From Podarcis cretensis (taxonomy: Eukaryota), in the NCBI GenBank assembly GCA_951804945.1, contig OX638150.1, forward strand, positions 56,172,001 to 56,236,000: 64,000 nucleotides of DNA, given 5' to 3'. A model generated the notes under the pieces. That model saw only the letters and a program-made list of their open reading frames with translations. It made no database searches and was not told where the DNA came from. Shown here in pieces: positions 25,676-38,987 of this stretch (position 1 is the stretch's first letter; every line of letters begins with the position of its first letter). The position numbers were made by a program, and so were the translations under genes.

Positions 25676-26390
25676 TCCCTGGTCCTGAATGGGGTAACTG
25701 TGCCCCTGAAGGACCAGGTGCGCAGCCTGGGAGTCATTCTGGACTCATAGCTGTCCATGGAGATGCAGGTCAATTCTGTGTCCAGGGCAGCTGTTTATCA
25801 GCTCCATCTGGTACGCAGGCTGAGACCCTACCTGCCCGCAGACTGTCTCACCAGAGTCGTGCATGCTCTAGTTATCTCTTGCTTGGACTACTGCAATGTG
25901 CTCTATGTGGGGCTACCTTTGAAGGTAACCTGGAAACTACAACTAATCCAGAATGCAGCAGCTAGACTGGTGACTGGGAGCGGCCGCCGAGACCATATAA
26001 CACTGGTCTTGAAAGACCTACACTGGTTCCCAGTACATTTCCGAGCACAATTCAAAGTGTTGGTGCTGACCTTTAAAGCCCTAAATGGCCTCGGTCCAGT
26101 ATACCTGAAGGAGCGTCTCCACCCCTGTTGTTCTGCCTGGACACTGAGGTCCAGTGCCGAGGGCCTTCTGGTGGTTCCCAGAAGTTACAGGGAACCAGGC
26201 AGAGGGCCTTCTTGGTAGTGGCGCCCGCCCTGTGGAACGCCCTCCCACCAAATGTCAAAGAGAAAAACAACTACCAGACTTTTAGAAGACATCCGAAGGC
26301 AGCCCTCTTTAGGGAAGCTTTTAATGTTTAATAGGTTATTGTATTGTAGTGTTCTGTTGGAAGCCAACCAGATGGGCGGGGTATAAATAA

Positions 26391-26427
<37 letters not shown>
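25676..26427 (+). mobile_element. 5'-truncated L2-clade LINE (ORF2 C-terminus, 3'UTR, (TTA)n tail)
   Basis: VRSLGVILD, VHALVISCLDYCN, LQLIQNAAARL, LHWFPV..R.QFK are L2 ORF2 motifs; carries a stop and a frameshift; ends in (TTA)n. Confidence 0.92.
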
Positions 26428-26431
<4 letters not shown>

Positions 26432-26489
26432 TTAAATCACACTGTGACTGTTGGATTTGAATTGCTTTAGTTTTAAAAAACCTTTAATA

Positions 26490-26841
26490 CAGTGATTCTC
26501 AAATGGTGTGGCATTTGACATCAAGTATAGTGGGAAGATTCAAGGATAATCAAAGAAACATTTAAACATTTCAATGTAGTATAGGATCATAATATGTTTT
26601 TATTTTCAGAATATGGATAAATATTTTTTCAAAATGACAGCAAGAGCATCAAGAATATTGAGGACAATCCTAGTTGTCATTTATAATTATATTTTGGGAG
26701 TTATTCAAGTTCTCATGTAGCTGCATTGTTTTACACTTTCTGGATGTCCCACGATCATATTATAAAATAGTTGTATTCTGTGTTATAAATTAAGCACGAG
26801 CAAATTTTCTCTGGTACAGAGAAAAAGTTTGAGAACCACCG
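26490..26841. mobile_element. hAT (Charlie-like) MITE
   Basis: TIRs CAGTGATTCTCAAA / TTTGAGAACCACCG; perfect 8-bp TSD CTTTAATA (26482-26489, 26842-26849). Confidence 0.8.
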
Positions 26842-29800
26842 CTTTAATAAATACCTTTTGGGGGTGAAATTTCTTTCCTCCCAGTACCACTGATTGACGT
26901 CTTACTGTCAGCTGAGCAACACCACTGGACACAATCCACTGTGAATATAAAACTATATATAAAATTCTGAAAAGCTGGTACCTATTTATATCCTTCTCAT
27001 GTTTTACATAGTGAATATATATAATAGCTCACATAGTCCTATATATAAATGAGACTTTTTGTCTTATTTTTGAAGCAGTATTGAATATATGCTTCCCATC
27101 CTTATTCTGCTTTCAGATAAGATGGCAATATTGGCAAGTAGGAAGGAATAATGTTGTGGTGAAGTAGTTAAGTGTTGTTTGTCAACAACTGGAATGTGTT
27201 CATGTAGTCATGTTTTTTTGCTCAGTCTTAGATTTTTCCTTCAGGTCACAGTGGTTTGATGAAAGCCTGCTTAATTTATGCTTTGCTTTTGCATTTTATT
27301 GCAGTAACAGGTATGGTTTGCTAGAAGACATCTGCTGGTATGATTAAATCGTTTGAGTCAATAGGCATGTTCTGTTTGGCACAGACCATAGATATCATGC
27401 TATGGGAGGTGCATAAGTGTCTGGGCAAAAGAAATGCAGCCACTCGGGCAGAAATGGATTGAGGAATTGAAGGATTTGTATAAGATTTACTGGGTAATTC
27501 ATAAAGAAGTGGAAGTAAGGCAGTGTGTGTACCAGCCTTCTGAATCAAAGTTACTAGCCAATAAATAAATAAATAAATAACCAACCAACGTACAGTACCT
27601 GCCTTGTACTTACAAGAGGAGTTGGTAGAGTAGAGGGATCTTTCTAGCCTTTCTTATGAGTAGGTGAGGAAAACATTTTAAATGAAGCTGACTAGTGGAG
27701 GGCACATAGAATGTTCTCTGCCTTGTTCTCTCCTCACCTGATTTCTGTGCCGGATGTGCAGAAAGGGGCTTCACTGCCTGGTTGCTGAGCATAGAAGGCT
27801 TGTAAGTGAAGGCGTGGGTCCCTGTGTCACTTCATCAGCTCATTATGTTTCTTTGTTGAGCCACACAAGGAACAAAGCACTCTTCTCTGTGTGTCCAGAA
27901 CAGAAGCTTAGTGGACTATCATAGCAACCCAACCTTCCACTGACAGACTCCTTGATTTCACTTCTAGGTGAGGAGGAGGCAAAGTTCACGCTTATACAAC
28001 ATAAAACTGAGCAGACTGCCAGAAGAAGCAGGTGGGTGGGTGGGTGCACGCGCACACACAAACTATATGTAGCACCCTTAATCGAAAAATCTCAGGATGG
28101 TTAACATTAAAATCTAATTGAATAACCGTGTACTGGAAGCAACCATTTTACATTCATCCAATTGACACACAACCATGCACACGCTCATCATTACTGAAGC
28201 AAAAGATGGGTTCCTGTTCTTAATAGTTATAGTAAAAATGTTAGACTGGGGGAAATGGAGAGGCTCAGGTAGTGAAGAATGAATGCAAACAAATGTAGCT
28301 ACACGCACATGGCTTAATTTTAGTTGGGAATGTGGGCTAAGGTTAGTGCAATCCTATGTTACTCAAAAGTAAGTCTCATTGCTTTCACTGAGCAGCTAAA
28401 TGTGTACTGGAATGTAGCTTTAAGCCCAAAGCCTTATAGAAGAGTCAGAAAGGCATAGAGGGTCACCATCCGAAGTGTTAGCAGAGTGTAATTGTGACAA
28501 TATGTTAAGACTTAAGCTTGTGGCCATATGACTTTGGAAAAGTTTATGCTTCAAGAGAGTTGAGCCAAATTCTTGTTCATTTTTGCAGTTAAGTGAGATA
28601 ATACATTGGAGAAGATACTAAAATTGTTGATGTATTCATAAGAAGCTCTGCTCAGTTAAGAAGGTGATGATACCTTTGTAGGCATCGAATTCCTGAGCAC
28701 TGAGAGAGCTGTTAATTCCATTGTATTTCTACAGTACTTCCACTTCTTGCCATAGTTGGTTTCTCAGTCACCTGACATATATCAAATAGTCTTAACCTGA
28801 TGATTTGATTATATGACTAATGTTACATTAAGGCAGTGAATAAGCTATAGTGGATAGTAATGTACAGACTGTGTATTTGAATTTACAGAGAAATGATGAA
28901 TACCTACATACTTTTGGTTCACATATATTTTTGAGTTTAATTAATTATGGAAATAAGACAATACATCAGGAACTGTCAGAGCTATGTACTTGGGCATGTA
29001 AAAGCATGCCCCACAGAAAATCTGCATGCTAATCATTCTGCTGTAACTACAAGAACTAAGAGTGATATCTAAGTACATCATACTCAGATTAGCGCCATTG
29101 AAATCAGTGAACTTGTAGAACTTAAGTACATTCTGAGTATGACTAACACTGGATATGACCCTAAATATTAAATTCTCTGGAATAATATCCAGCTTTTCTC
29201 CAAATAGTGTTGATATATTAATTTCTTTGTCTTGTGGCTTTTGTCCTGAATACTGTAGGTATTCAGGATTAAGTGAAGCTCAAGTCATCCACTGGTATAA
29301 GGATAACTGAACAGCAAACTGTTGAAACCAAAGACACTTTGTTTTATTTCAGTGATAGACAAAGCTGATAAAGGTTAATTAGAGCTTTCAGAATGAAAGT
29401 GGATGAAGCCAACTTTGAATGTTGTTTTGTTGTCTTTTAGCTTGCTTTTTGCTTTGTTGGTGAAACAAGGAACAGCCAGGCTAGAATAATCCTGTGTATT
29501 TTGAATGAAGTAGAAACACTTTTGGAAACAGACCAGTGCAACTATAACTTTACTAACTTCAGTCAGCAGGGCTTATCATAACTGGGGAATCTCGTAACTG
29601 CAACCAAGCAAGTTGGCAGCATTTTTATGCTTCCTTTGGAATAATGAGGTTCCAATTATAGAGAAACTGTCATCTCTGATACTCTCATAATATTGAGACT
29701 TAATTATTTTAATTCATTATATTGTTAATTGACAAAGAATGTCACATGAAGCCATATTTTATCTTGTTATCAAACTGATATTTATTAAAGTGACAGAGCT

Positions 29801-30949
29801 TCAGACCTGGTATTAAAGGTGAGAGAAATAAACATAACAGATTATGGCATTTAATTGCGAACTTGGCAAACTATGCCCTCATAAGTTTATTCTGCATTAT
29901 TACATTCCTGGCAGTTTCAGCTGAAATACGATTTTTAAAAGCTCCCTTTATGTGCAAGATTATAACAGCCCTATGCCAACATTATTGCTACGAGTGAGGC
30001 AGTCTGTAACTGACGCTGACATGAACGCCTGTATATATCAGATACATGCATTGATACAAGTTTGCTGTGCATCAAAGCCAACCATTGGATACTAAACTAA
30101 AAGATACCTGCCTTTGAAAGATAGGACACATTCTTGTGCACAATGGGTATATTACATCACTTATTTCAAGACTTTTTGAATTTCTTACTGAGCAAATGTA
30201 TTTACTCTTAGCTTTCAGAAGCATATATTATATCAGAAATGACCCAAAGGCCTTCAGTTAATTAATGTTGCCTCCTAGGGTGGTGCTCATATTTTAGAGT
30301 GGAGGGTAGAACTTAGTCCTTAATAATATCTTGTGGATTTTGTATTGTCAGTTGTTTTAGTTTTTTCCTGGTTTTAAATTGTCTTTTACATACTTTTGTC
30401 AGGTCACATTGAGACTTTATTGTAAAAAGTAACTGATAAATGAAATAAATAATTTGCTCATTTTAGATTATACAAGTTTGTGTAGAACTGCATTAGCTCA
30501 GCATTTACTTGGTATTTTGAAATGATTTCTTAGATCTGCTGTACTTCTAACTATTTCTGGTGGTAGTTAGGTGGATAGGCATCCTGTGGAATAACAAAGA
30601 CCTAGTTATTTATAGCTGTGCTGGAGCTTATTTATCATTCATAGCCAAATATTGGCAAACATAGCTCATGTTGCATCATGTCTAGTTCACTGGCACTGAA
30701 TGTGCTTTTGCTTATGAAAGCATTTAAACAACAAACCATTCAAAAGCCCTCAAGACCACTGAAATGGTGATTTCTTCTCAAGGAGATACTTCAAAACTCA
30801 CTAACATTCTTTAATAGAATTTTTAAATCTTGTTTTTCAAAAAGCCTTATACATAAATGCGTAAATGCTTGTATTTATGTTTTGGGCATGAAACATGGCA
30901 GTCGGCTATACAGTACATTCATTTGATTTGAATAGCACTGCACTGTATC

Positions 30950-31125
30950 TCAGTGATACTGCATGTGCTTTGCTGCCCAAAAGTTCCAGGTTAAATCTGA
31001 CATCTTGACATAGATCTGGGAAAGACTGCCTGAAAGTGTTAAACCCTGGAGAGCCACTGCCAATCGGTGTGAATGGTATTGAACTACATGGACCAATGGT
31101 ATCACTCAGTATAGCAATTGTGCAT
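30950..31125 (+). mobile_element. Decayed squamate tRNA-derived SINE (Squam3-like)
   Basis: ccaggtt..atc...aaaccctggagagccactgcca...atggaccaatggt; related to 62745-62870. Confidence 0.5.
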
Positions 31126-31267
31126 GTTCTTAAGAGAACATTACTGTAGTTTAGAACGTATTAGGTAATGACAGGGGTAAGTAGGAGGAAATGAAACCAC
31201 ATCCAAAAATGGTGACATCCTTTGACATCTTGACATCCTTTATCCTACCAATTTCCTAGTATGTGTG

Positions 31268-31323
31268 TTTTGTTTTGTTTTGTTTTGTTTTGTTTTGTTT
31301 TGTTTTGTTTTGTTTTGTTTTGT
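31268..31323. repeat. (TTTTG)n microsatellite
   Basis: Direct reading. Confidence 0.95.
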
Positions 31324-31422
31324 CAAATGAAGGTAGAATGACTTTTAAAGATTGATATGTAAACTTCTGCCTTTGGGCAAAATACTAAGTGTTTCAGAAT
31401 AAATGTTCTTATTGTCATAGAA

Positions 31423-31620
31423 CAGGGGTCAGTAACCTTTTTGAGCCATAGGCCGGTCCACCGTCCCTCAGACCATGTGGTGGGCCGGACTATATTTTTT
31501 TGCAGGCGGGGGAGGGGGGGAATGAACGAATTCCTATGCCCCACAAATAACCCAGAGATGCATTTTAAATAAAAGGACACATTCTACTCATGTAAAAACG
31601 TGCTGATTCCTGGACCATCT
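31423..31620. mobile_element. Truncated hAT-type MITE
   Basis: Left TIR CAGGGGTCAGTAACCTTTTT...GGCCGG; no right TIR seen. Confidence 0.55.
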
Positions 31621-32275
31621 TGCAGCTTTAAAATAAATAAGTAGAGTTTAATTTTTCAAAATCACCTTTTCATAGATAGTTGATGGTAGTGAAAGAATGT
31701 ATTTAACTCTGGTTTTAACACTTAGTATGTCACTTCATTTGATCTTCAGTGGTGTTTATCCTTCTACCTTCCAAGTATATTTGCCTGAGGACAAGCTTAA
31801 GGTTTGAAAAGTCACCTGCAATGTTGGTTTTTAAAGATAATTACTGATTGAAGTTTGATTTTGCTTTTGTTATAAAGCTTCTAATTTAGTAAATAACTGT
31901 TGCTGTTTTGCCTGCTTAAAGGTTAATTAAAGTTACTAAGTTAATTGTTTGCCTTCTAGGCATGTTTCAAATAATACTTTTTAATATAAAAGCTAAACAT
32001 CATAGCTAGAGCAATTTCATGATTTCCTAACACATTCTGTCTTTAATATTCATAGTAATATTTCTCATTCTGGAAAAATGGTGCATTCTGTTTAAAAATG
32101 TTGGGTAGTATCCAACACTGCTATTCTGCTAGTGCAACAGACTGCCACTTGCACAACAAAATCCTCCCTGCAGCCCTGGCATAGCCTCCACATCTGCTCT
32201 AGAGGGTTGCAAGACCTTATGGAGAAGATTTTGATGGTGTGGGGGGAGGGAAAGTCCCATAAGTCACACTTAGCA

Positions 32276-32485
32276 TTAGATACCTCAACTTATGAATGTG
32301 ATCCGTTTCAGGGTGCCATCCGCACCCCGAAAAGTCTGTAAGTAGAGTGTTTCTACTGCGCGTGCGCAAAGCACACAGATTGCTTCTGTGCATGCACTGA
32401 ACCCGGAAGTAAACACTTCCGGGTTTGCCGCGTTCATAACCTGAAAAGCTGCAACGTGAAGCAAACGTAACATGAGGTATGTCTG
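32276..32485. mobile_element. Tc1/mariner-type MITE
   Basis: ATACCTCA...TGAGGTATGTCTG|TA termini; internal palindrome ACCCGGAAGT-aaac-ACTTCCGGGT; CpG-rich. Confidence 0.65.
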
Positions 32486-34542
32486 TACTTCCATTCTAGT
32501 TTATAAAGGAGGGTGTTACTGAGAAGGCAATGGATTATACAAAATACGTAAAGTGAGATTTATTCCACTAGCTGTTAATGGTTACGTAAGATTCAGTTTT
32601 GCGATGAACCTTTGTGAGCTTTCCAGAACCTTTGAGAGTTTACTCTGCTCAATCTGTGACTGGGAGGAGTGGATTGACTATAAACGTCTGTGCAATAAGT
32701 CATCAGCCAGATGTTTCTTGTGAAGAAGCTCTTCACTGTGCCCCATCAAGTGGTTATTAGTGGCAGTTAAACTTATTGCTCTGGAAATCTTGGGGTGACC
32801 GCATACCTATGTGTTTAGAAGATACTGCACATTAAATAATCTCTTTTTATAACAGGAGTGGGGAACTGAGGGCTGCATTCTCTCATGGAAGAACTTCTGG
32901 GGGCTTCATGCCACTGATGAATGAGGCCAGAGGCAAGAATGGATTGTGACTCTTGCCTTCTATAGTAGGCTACTATCCAGTCACACAAAAGTCAGAGGTT
33001 CTATACCCACACACCCACACCCTCCATCTAGGTTACCAAGAATCATTGTTAGAGGTCAAGGACATATTCCAGCCAGGCAGAAGCACTCAATGTGGGTGCA
33101 GAGCAGGCCTGGGGACGGGTGTAGACTGGGGAGAGGGACTTGCCCAGGATGAATGCTGAGGGTGAGACAGAGGCCTAGAGGGCTATATTTGGCATCTGGA
33201 CCTACAGTTCCCCACCCACACTATATAAAGTAAGTGAATTTCATGGAGATTCCACAACTTAACTTCCTTCTGCTTGTAATAGACTAACAGCCTAGGCAGA
33301 AGTCAATTTATTGTGAAAATAGTGTTAATTGAAGTTGACCTAAGAGGATATCTAGTTTTGTGATCAGAAGTGTACTCATTTAATGAGGTTTCCCTGCCAC
33401 CATTTCTCCACTGCAGCCCATGCATCCTCAAGAAGCCTCTACTGAAGGTTGCAGGACTCAGGAAAGGCCCAGTACAGTATGTGACATGGGCCGCAGTGGG
33501 AGGGGGCAATGACCAAAAATTAGATGGAGGCAGGTTGCACGTGGTATCGCTCTAGATGACTTTTGGGAAAGAAAAGTGGTGGCCGCTGTGAATTAACCCC
33601 CCGCCTTTCCAAATTTGTTGTCTACCCTGCTCTCACCTTGGAAATCCAAACTAAAACTCGGCCTTAATTGAAAGTAAGTTAAGTGTTCTGAACATGAAAC
33701 ACTCTTGGTGTGACTTTGCACTCAGCACACCGTGTTCACAAACTTTCTTGCAAGTAGAATCTTGTTCTTAACTTAGATGCTTCCTTGAGCTTAAGGGGAA
33801 TCCTTTTAGATTTATGGCTTATATTTAGAGCAGTAGGTCAAATTAAAGCAGTGTTCTGTTACGTCAGATGTCAGTAAGCCTGTTTTATAAGGGAAACCAT
33901 TCCAAGTTCTTAACCCACAAGGATCAGAAGCTCCTATTCATGGAGGAAGTGTAGGCATTTTTAGAGGTTGTTGTAAATTTGGAGATGTTTACTGAAATGT
34001 GTATTTAGAGTAGAAATGTCATTTTTAGGGAACCTAGAAACAGCAAAGCTGAGAGCATGCTACGGAGGATGGACACCAAGGAGGCTCTGTTGGGGACAGA
34101 AAGAAAGAAAAATGAGGTAGATCAAACGTAGATGGCAATTGTTGTATATGGGAATGTGTGTTCATAGGCTGGCTGGTGGGAGGTGATTTGAATAACCATA
34201 GAAAATAGAAAGCTGAAGTTAATAAAGTGTTTAATTTGATAAAAACCTTTGATTCTCATCTCGATTGGCCTATTCTAATTGTGCAGGTAACATGATCTAA
34301 GAGTAGGAGTTCGTTTAAATAATGCTTTGCAGTTTTACATATCAAAGTAATTGCATAAGTTATACCAGTGTCATATCTGTAAGGCAAGTTGTAGTGTTGA
34401 GGCATTCCCTATCTTAAAAAGAATGCACCGGAGGGTGTTAAAGGGGAGGGGGGTTCATAAGACTGTCCAGGGGACAACCCTTCATCAGTTCTTTTACCTC
34501 TGTACCCATTTAGGTAATCAAATTGTTTTTGTTCATAGCAAC

Positions 34543-34665
34543 ATGAACCGTGAAGACCGGAATGCGCTGCGTATCAAAGAAAGAGAGAGGCGTAATCAAG
34601 AAATTCAGCAGGGTGAAGAAGCCTTTCCACCTAACTCTCCTCTCTTTGCTGAACCATATAAAGTT
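34543..34665 (+). CDS. AFF4: AFF4 exon 2 coding part (exon starts at 34539): [41 protein letters not shown]
   Basis: AFF4 N-terminus (start of cyclin T1-binding region); ttcatag|CAAC ATG; donor GTT|gtaagt. Confidence 0.97.
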
Positions 34666-37238
34666 GTAAGTGCATGAGGTTTTTTAAAAATGCAGTTTTT
34701 ATCTCACTCCAAATTAAAATGGTTTGAGTTTTCCCCCCTGTAATACAACTTCAGTATCATATGGTTTCATTAAAATACGAATAAATGTCATTTATATAGT
34801 GGTTCCAAGTCTTACATCCTCAAAATTCCTGTGATGTAGGCAAGAGTCTACAAGAGACTTGACTGTGGAAGAGATTAAGACCTGTTGCTCTAGATCTAGA
34901 AAAAGTAAAGAAACCTGGAAGTTGTGTTATGATTTGAACATTTTTAAAGTAATGTTGCTGAAATATAAGATTACGAGAATTTTATGACTGCTCTGGTTTT
35001 AACAAAAGGACATTGTATCAACATTTTTTTAAAAAAGAATTAAATATCTCATTATGCTAATAATAACTATCCACACTTGAAACTAGCTTGCAGTTGAACA
35101 GCCTAAATTGAAATTATAGAAATGATAAATGTGAATTAGAGCCCTAAAGTATTTGAACAGTTAATTGTTATAAAGTACTCTTGCCTTTGTAGTAAAAGAG
35201 TAATACAGCATATTAACATTTTTGAACTTTGTAGACAATAGTCTATTAATTACAAGTAATTGTTGGAGCTTGATGTTTTTAGTCTAGCTCTTTATTTGTA
35301 AGGTTCACTAGTTAATACTGCTAATTTGCTTTGTTCATGCAGTTAAATCTAATTGTAGCTGTTGTGAGTAAGATTGAAACCAAATTACAAGGAAGACTGG
35401 GTTATGAAATACTGTCGGTTTGAGAAATTTGGGTTTTGTTTTAAATACTGACTTGTTTTTGTGAGGCTGCAAATGTATCCCTGTACACCTCTCTTTCAGG
35501 CAACAGATTGGTTAAAGGTTAATTTTTTTAAATTGTGTGTCATTTAGCATTTGCATTTCACTAACAGTGACATATTTTCTTCATATCCCTGAATTTAAAG
35601 TTAACTTGGGTACATGTTTCCTTTCCTTCTCAATACCATTTTCCTTCTCTGTGTTCTTCAAGGTGTGGTTACTGGACAATCAATACCATCTAATTATTTT
35701 GGTCTGTGATTTTTAGTAGTTAGCGACTCATTCAAGGTGCTTTTCTAAAAGTATGTGCTGTTTATTACAAAAAATACATATGGTGAAGGGATTTGTGTTG
35801 ACTAGTAAACATTTGATATCAGGCAGCCTACAGAATACATTGCAATGTATGTCTCTATCCATGGTGAGGTGGGAGTAAGGAGACCCACTGTCTCCTTTGC
35901 CATTTGTGTGTACATCAGGTTAAAATGGTTTTCTTCCAGGAGGCCTTTGCATTATGGGTAACAGCACCCATAACTGCTCTCTTGTATTTTAATCTATGTT
36001 TTAAATTGTTTTCAGTTTCATGCTTCATTAATTATTTTTGTAAGCAGCTTTGTGATACATAGTAAGAAGTGTGGTATAAATTTCTTGAATAATAATACAT
36101 GAAACACGAGGGAAGGAGGGCACAATGACGTGTCTGTCTGATCTTGTTCCTCTTTCAGCCACCTTACATTTAAAAATGCCACTTAAGATATCTGTAACAC
36201 TGCTCTAGTTTAGGCTTTTAGCCATGTTATATATGGATTGGCCTGGGCAACGGGGGCAGTTCTAGAAGGGCTGAATTCACCCCCAGCTATAAGATTGACC
36301 AATGCTGATTTTGACTAACAGTCACTAGAAAGAAAGAAAAACTGAAATCTTACTTGCTTCTTCCATCCTTTAAAAATATTCATAGGCGTGGAAGATGCTG
36401 AAAGAAGGGAAAGTAGTCCTTTATGTTTTTAGTCTTGTTTTTTAAAAGTACATGCATGATGGAAAGAGGTAGATGCAGTGTACTGAAATACTAAGTAAGA
36501 GGAGTGCAGCTTAAACTACCTGAAAGGCATGTGAGTAGAGATTACAATAATAAATGTATTTCAGTTATTTAAGAGGATTTTTAAAATTATCTATTTATCT
36601 TTGTTGCTTGAGCTTTACTACTTTTAAAAATCTGATTGGTTTCTAAATGTGCAAAAAACAGTTTTCAAACTGTTTCTTCTAGCATAAGAAGCTTTTAGAG
36701 CCTTTCTCATTTTGCTCCCAGCACCATACAAATCCTAATGAATGTGACGTCTTGGGAATTCCTAAGAAAGCATCCTGAAAGCTTCTGTAAATGGAGATTT
36801 TGCCTTTTGGTCCTTTGAACAGTTACTTAGCAGAACCAGGAAAGACCCTTATATGTTCTGGTTGAGAAACATGTGGAGGGACCGCTTGTCATAGTCACTT
36901 TGTCTGGTGAATGGTAGAGTTAGAAGAAAAATCTGGTTAGGGTTTTACAGAGAATCATTTGTGCATTTCTGGAATGATGAATATAATGGGTGATATCCAA
37001 TGGTGCCAATTCACAAGCGGAACATATTTATTCAAGAACAGTGTGACTTCCCTTCTCCTCCTCCTCCTACATGCCCCCCAGGTCTGCTCTAGAGAGTTGA
37101 GGAACCCTCCAGTACATTGGAGGGCACTGAGGCTGCAGGGGAGGACAAGAGAAAGGGGAATTTCACTGGTGCAGTGTTGGATATTTCCTAATGACTACGC
37201 TGTTGGATTCCTTAACTGCAAGTTTTGTTTCTGTACAG

Positions 37239-37619
37239 TAGGGGTGAGGAACCTCTGGCCCATATGCCATATGTGATATCAAATGTGGGCCCAGGTATCA
37301 TTGTGGTGTCAAAGGAACAATTGGAACCTTAAAGTGAGTTCCCTCTTGTGCCTTTGCTGGAACAAGACATGCTCCAGGATCGTCAAGTAGTTTGCATTGA
37401 AACCACAGTTAAAATGGGAGACTTTAAGCAGCGGTGTTAGTTGAAACTGCTTCCTGCTCCTAAATCAAGCCCCTTTGAAAGCGTACTGGGAGCACATATT
37501 CAGAGGGGCTCACCTTTGACTGACAGATGGGTAGCCCCACCCACAGCTCAGATTTAGCTTGTGGGGGGGTACATCAGATACTGATCTAGACTGCTGGGGG
37601 AAAGAGTCTGCCGCCCTTG
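37239..37619. mobile_element. Old hAT-type MITE
   Basis: TAGGGGTG...CCCTTG termini with near-identical 8-bp flanks CTGTACAG / CTGTATAG. Confidence 0.6.
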
Positions 37620-38198
37620 CTGTATAGGATGTCAGTATGATATGAAAATGTTCTTCTGTTTTAGAAAAGAGATGTTGTTTCTAATATATTATTTATACTG
37701 CACATCTGAAATGAGACTTCTTTTGAGCTTTCAAAAGGAAAGGACACTTTCACAGGAGTAGAATAAATTGCATTTTAATAAACAAGTAACCAGTAATTGC
37801 TGGATCTTGAATATTTTTGTCATGGAATATTCCATCTTCTAGTAAGAAACAATATGATTCAAGAGCTAGATATAATTTATATTGGTTTTAGTAATCAGCT
37901 AATTAAACTTTAGTTTACTGGGGGCAATTAATCAATAAAAGTGCACAGTACTATTAGTATATTCATGATAAAATGAATTTTGGTGAAATCAGTAAGCATT
38001 AGCCATTGTGGATGGCAGATTAAGTGGTTCCCAAGTTAATTTTATTTTCGGTGCAAAATAAAGACTGACCGCTTTATTCTGTAGGTAAATTTCAAATATA
38101 TGTTATCATAAAGGACATTCAGCTGACCCAAAAGTTTAATTGTAGAAGGAGTGTATTTTAAAATAAACTTCTGCATCATGTTTTTGTTCCTTACACAG

Positions 38199-38987
38199 AC
38201 CAGCAAAGAAGATAAATTATCTAGCCGTATCCAAAGTATGCTTGGAAACTATGATGAAATGAAGGATTTTATAGGTGACCGGTCCCTCCAGAAGCTTGTT
38301 GAAATTCCTAAACCAACAGTACCATCAACAGCAGATGAAAAATCAAACCAAAGTTTCTTTGGTGATCAGAGGCACAGTACTGGCTCTCATCAGAGCAGCA
38401 AATGGACGCCTGTAGGTCCAGCACCTAGCACTTCTTCCCAGTCACAGAAGCGTTCCATAGGTTTACAGAGTGGACATGGTGGCCAGCGCAACAGTGGCAA
38501 TAACACTAGCAGTAGTGGGCAAAGGCACGACCGTGACTCGTATAGCAGTAGTGGGAGTAGCAGTAGCCGTAAAAAAGCCCAGCATGGATCTGAACATTCA
38601 AAGTCCCGTTCTTCCAGCCCTGGAAAACCACCTGCTGTTTCTTCTCTGAACTCCAGTCATTCCAGGTCTCATGGAAATGATCATCACAGCAAGGAACATC
38701 AGCGCTCCAAATCTCCGCGAGACCCTGATGCCAACTGGGACTCACCCTCCCGTGTCCCTTCCTTTTCTAGTGGTAGTCAGGCTTTCCCTCCTTCGCTTAT
38801 GTCTAAATCTAACACAATGTTGCAGAAGCCTACTGCCTATGTAAGGCCTATGGATGGTCAGGAGTCCATGGAACCAAAGCTATCTTCTGAACACTACAGT
38901 AGCCAGACACACAGCAACAATATGAATGAACTGAAACCTGGTAAAGCACATCTAACAAAGCTGAAAATTCCGTCTCAGCCGCTTGAC
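38199..38987 (+). CDS. AFF4: AFF4 exon 3 ([22 protein letters not shown]...[14 protein letters not shown]...[10 protein letters not shown])
   Basis: P-TEFb-binding helix and SIAH degron PTAYVRPM intact; acag|ACC ... GAC|gtaagt; 789 nt. Confidence 0.97.

Noticed and set aside
25757-26218. 153-aa ORF as a host gene
   Set aside because: Degraded L2 ORF2 C-terminus.
27259-27310. Signal-peptide-like MKACLIYALLLHFIAVT followed by a phase-1 donor (possible nested secreted-peptide gene)
   Set aside because: T-rich splice-tract sequence readily gives hydrophobic peptides; no downstream mature-peptide exon identified.
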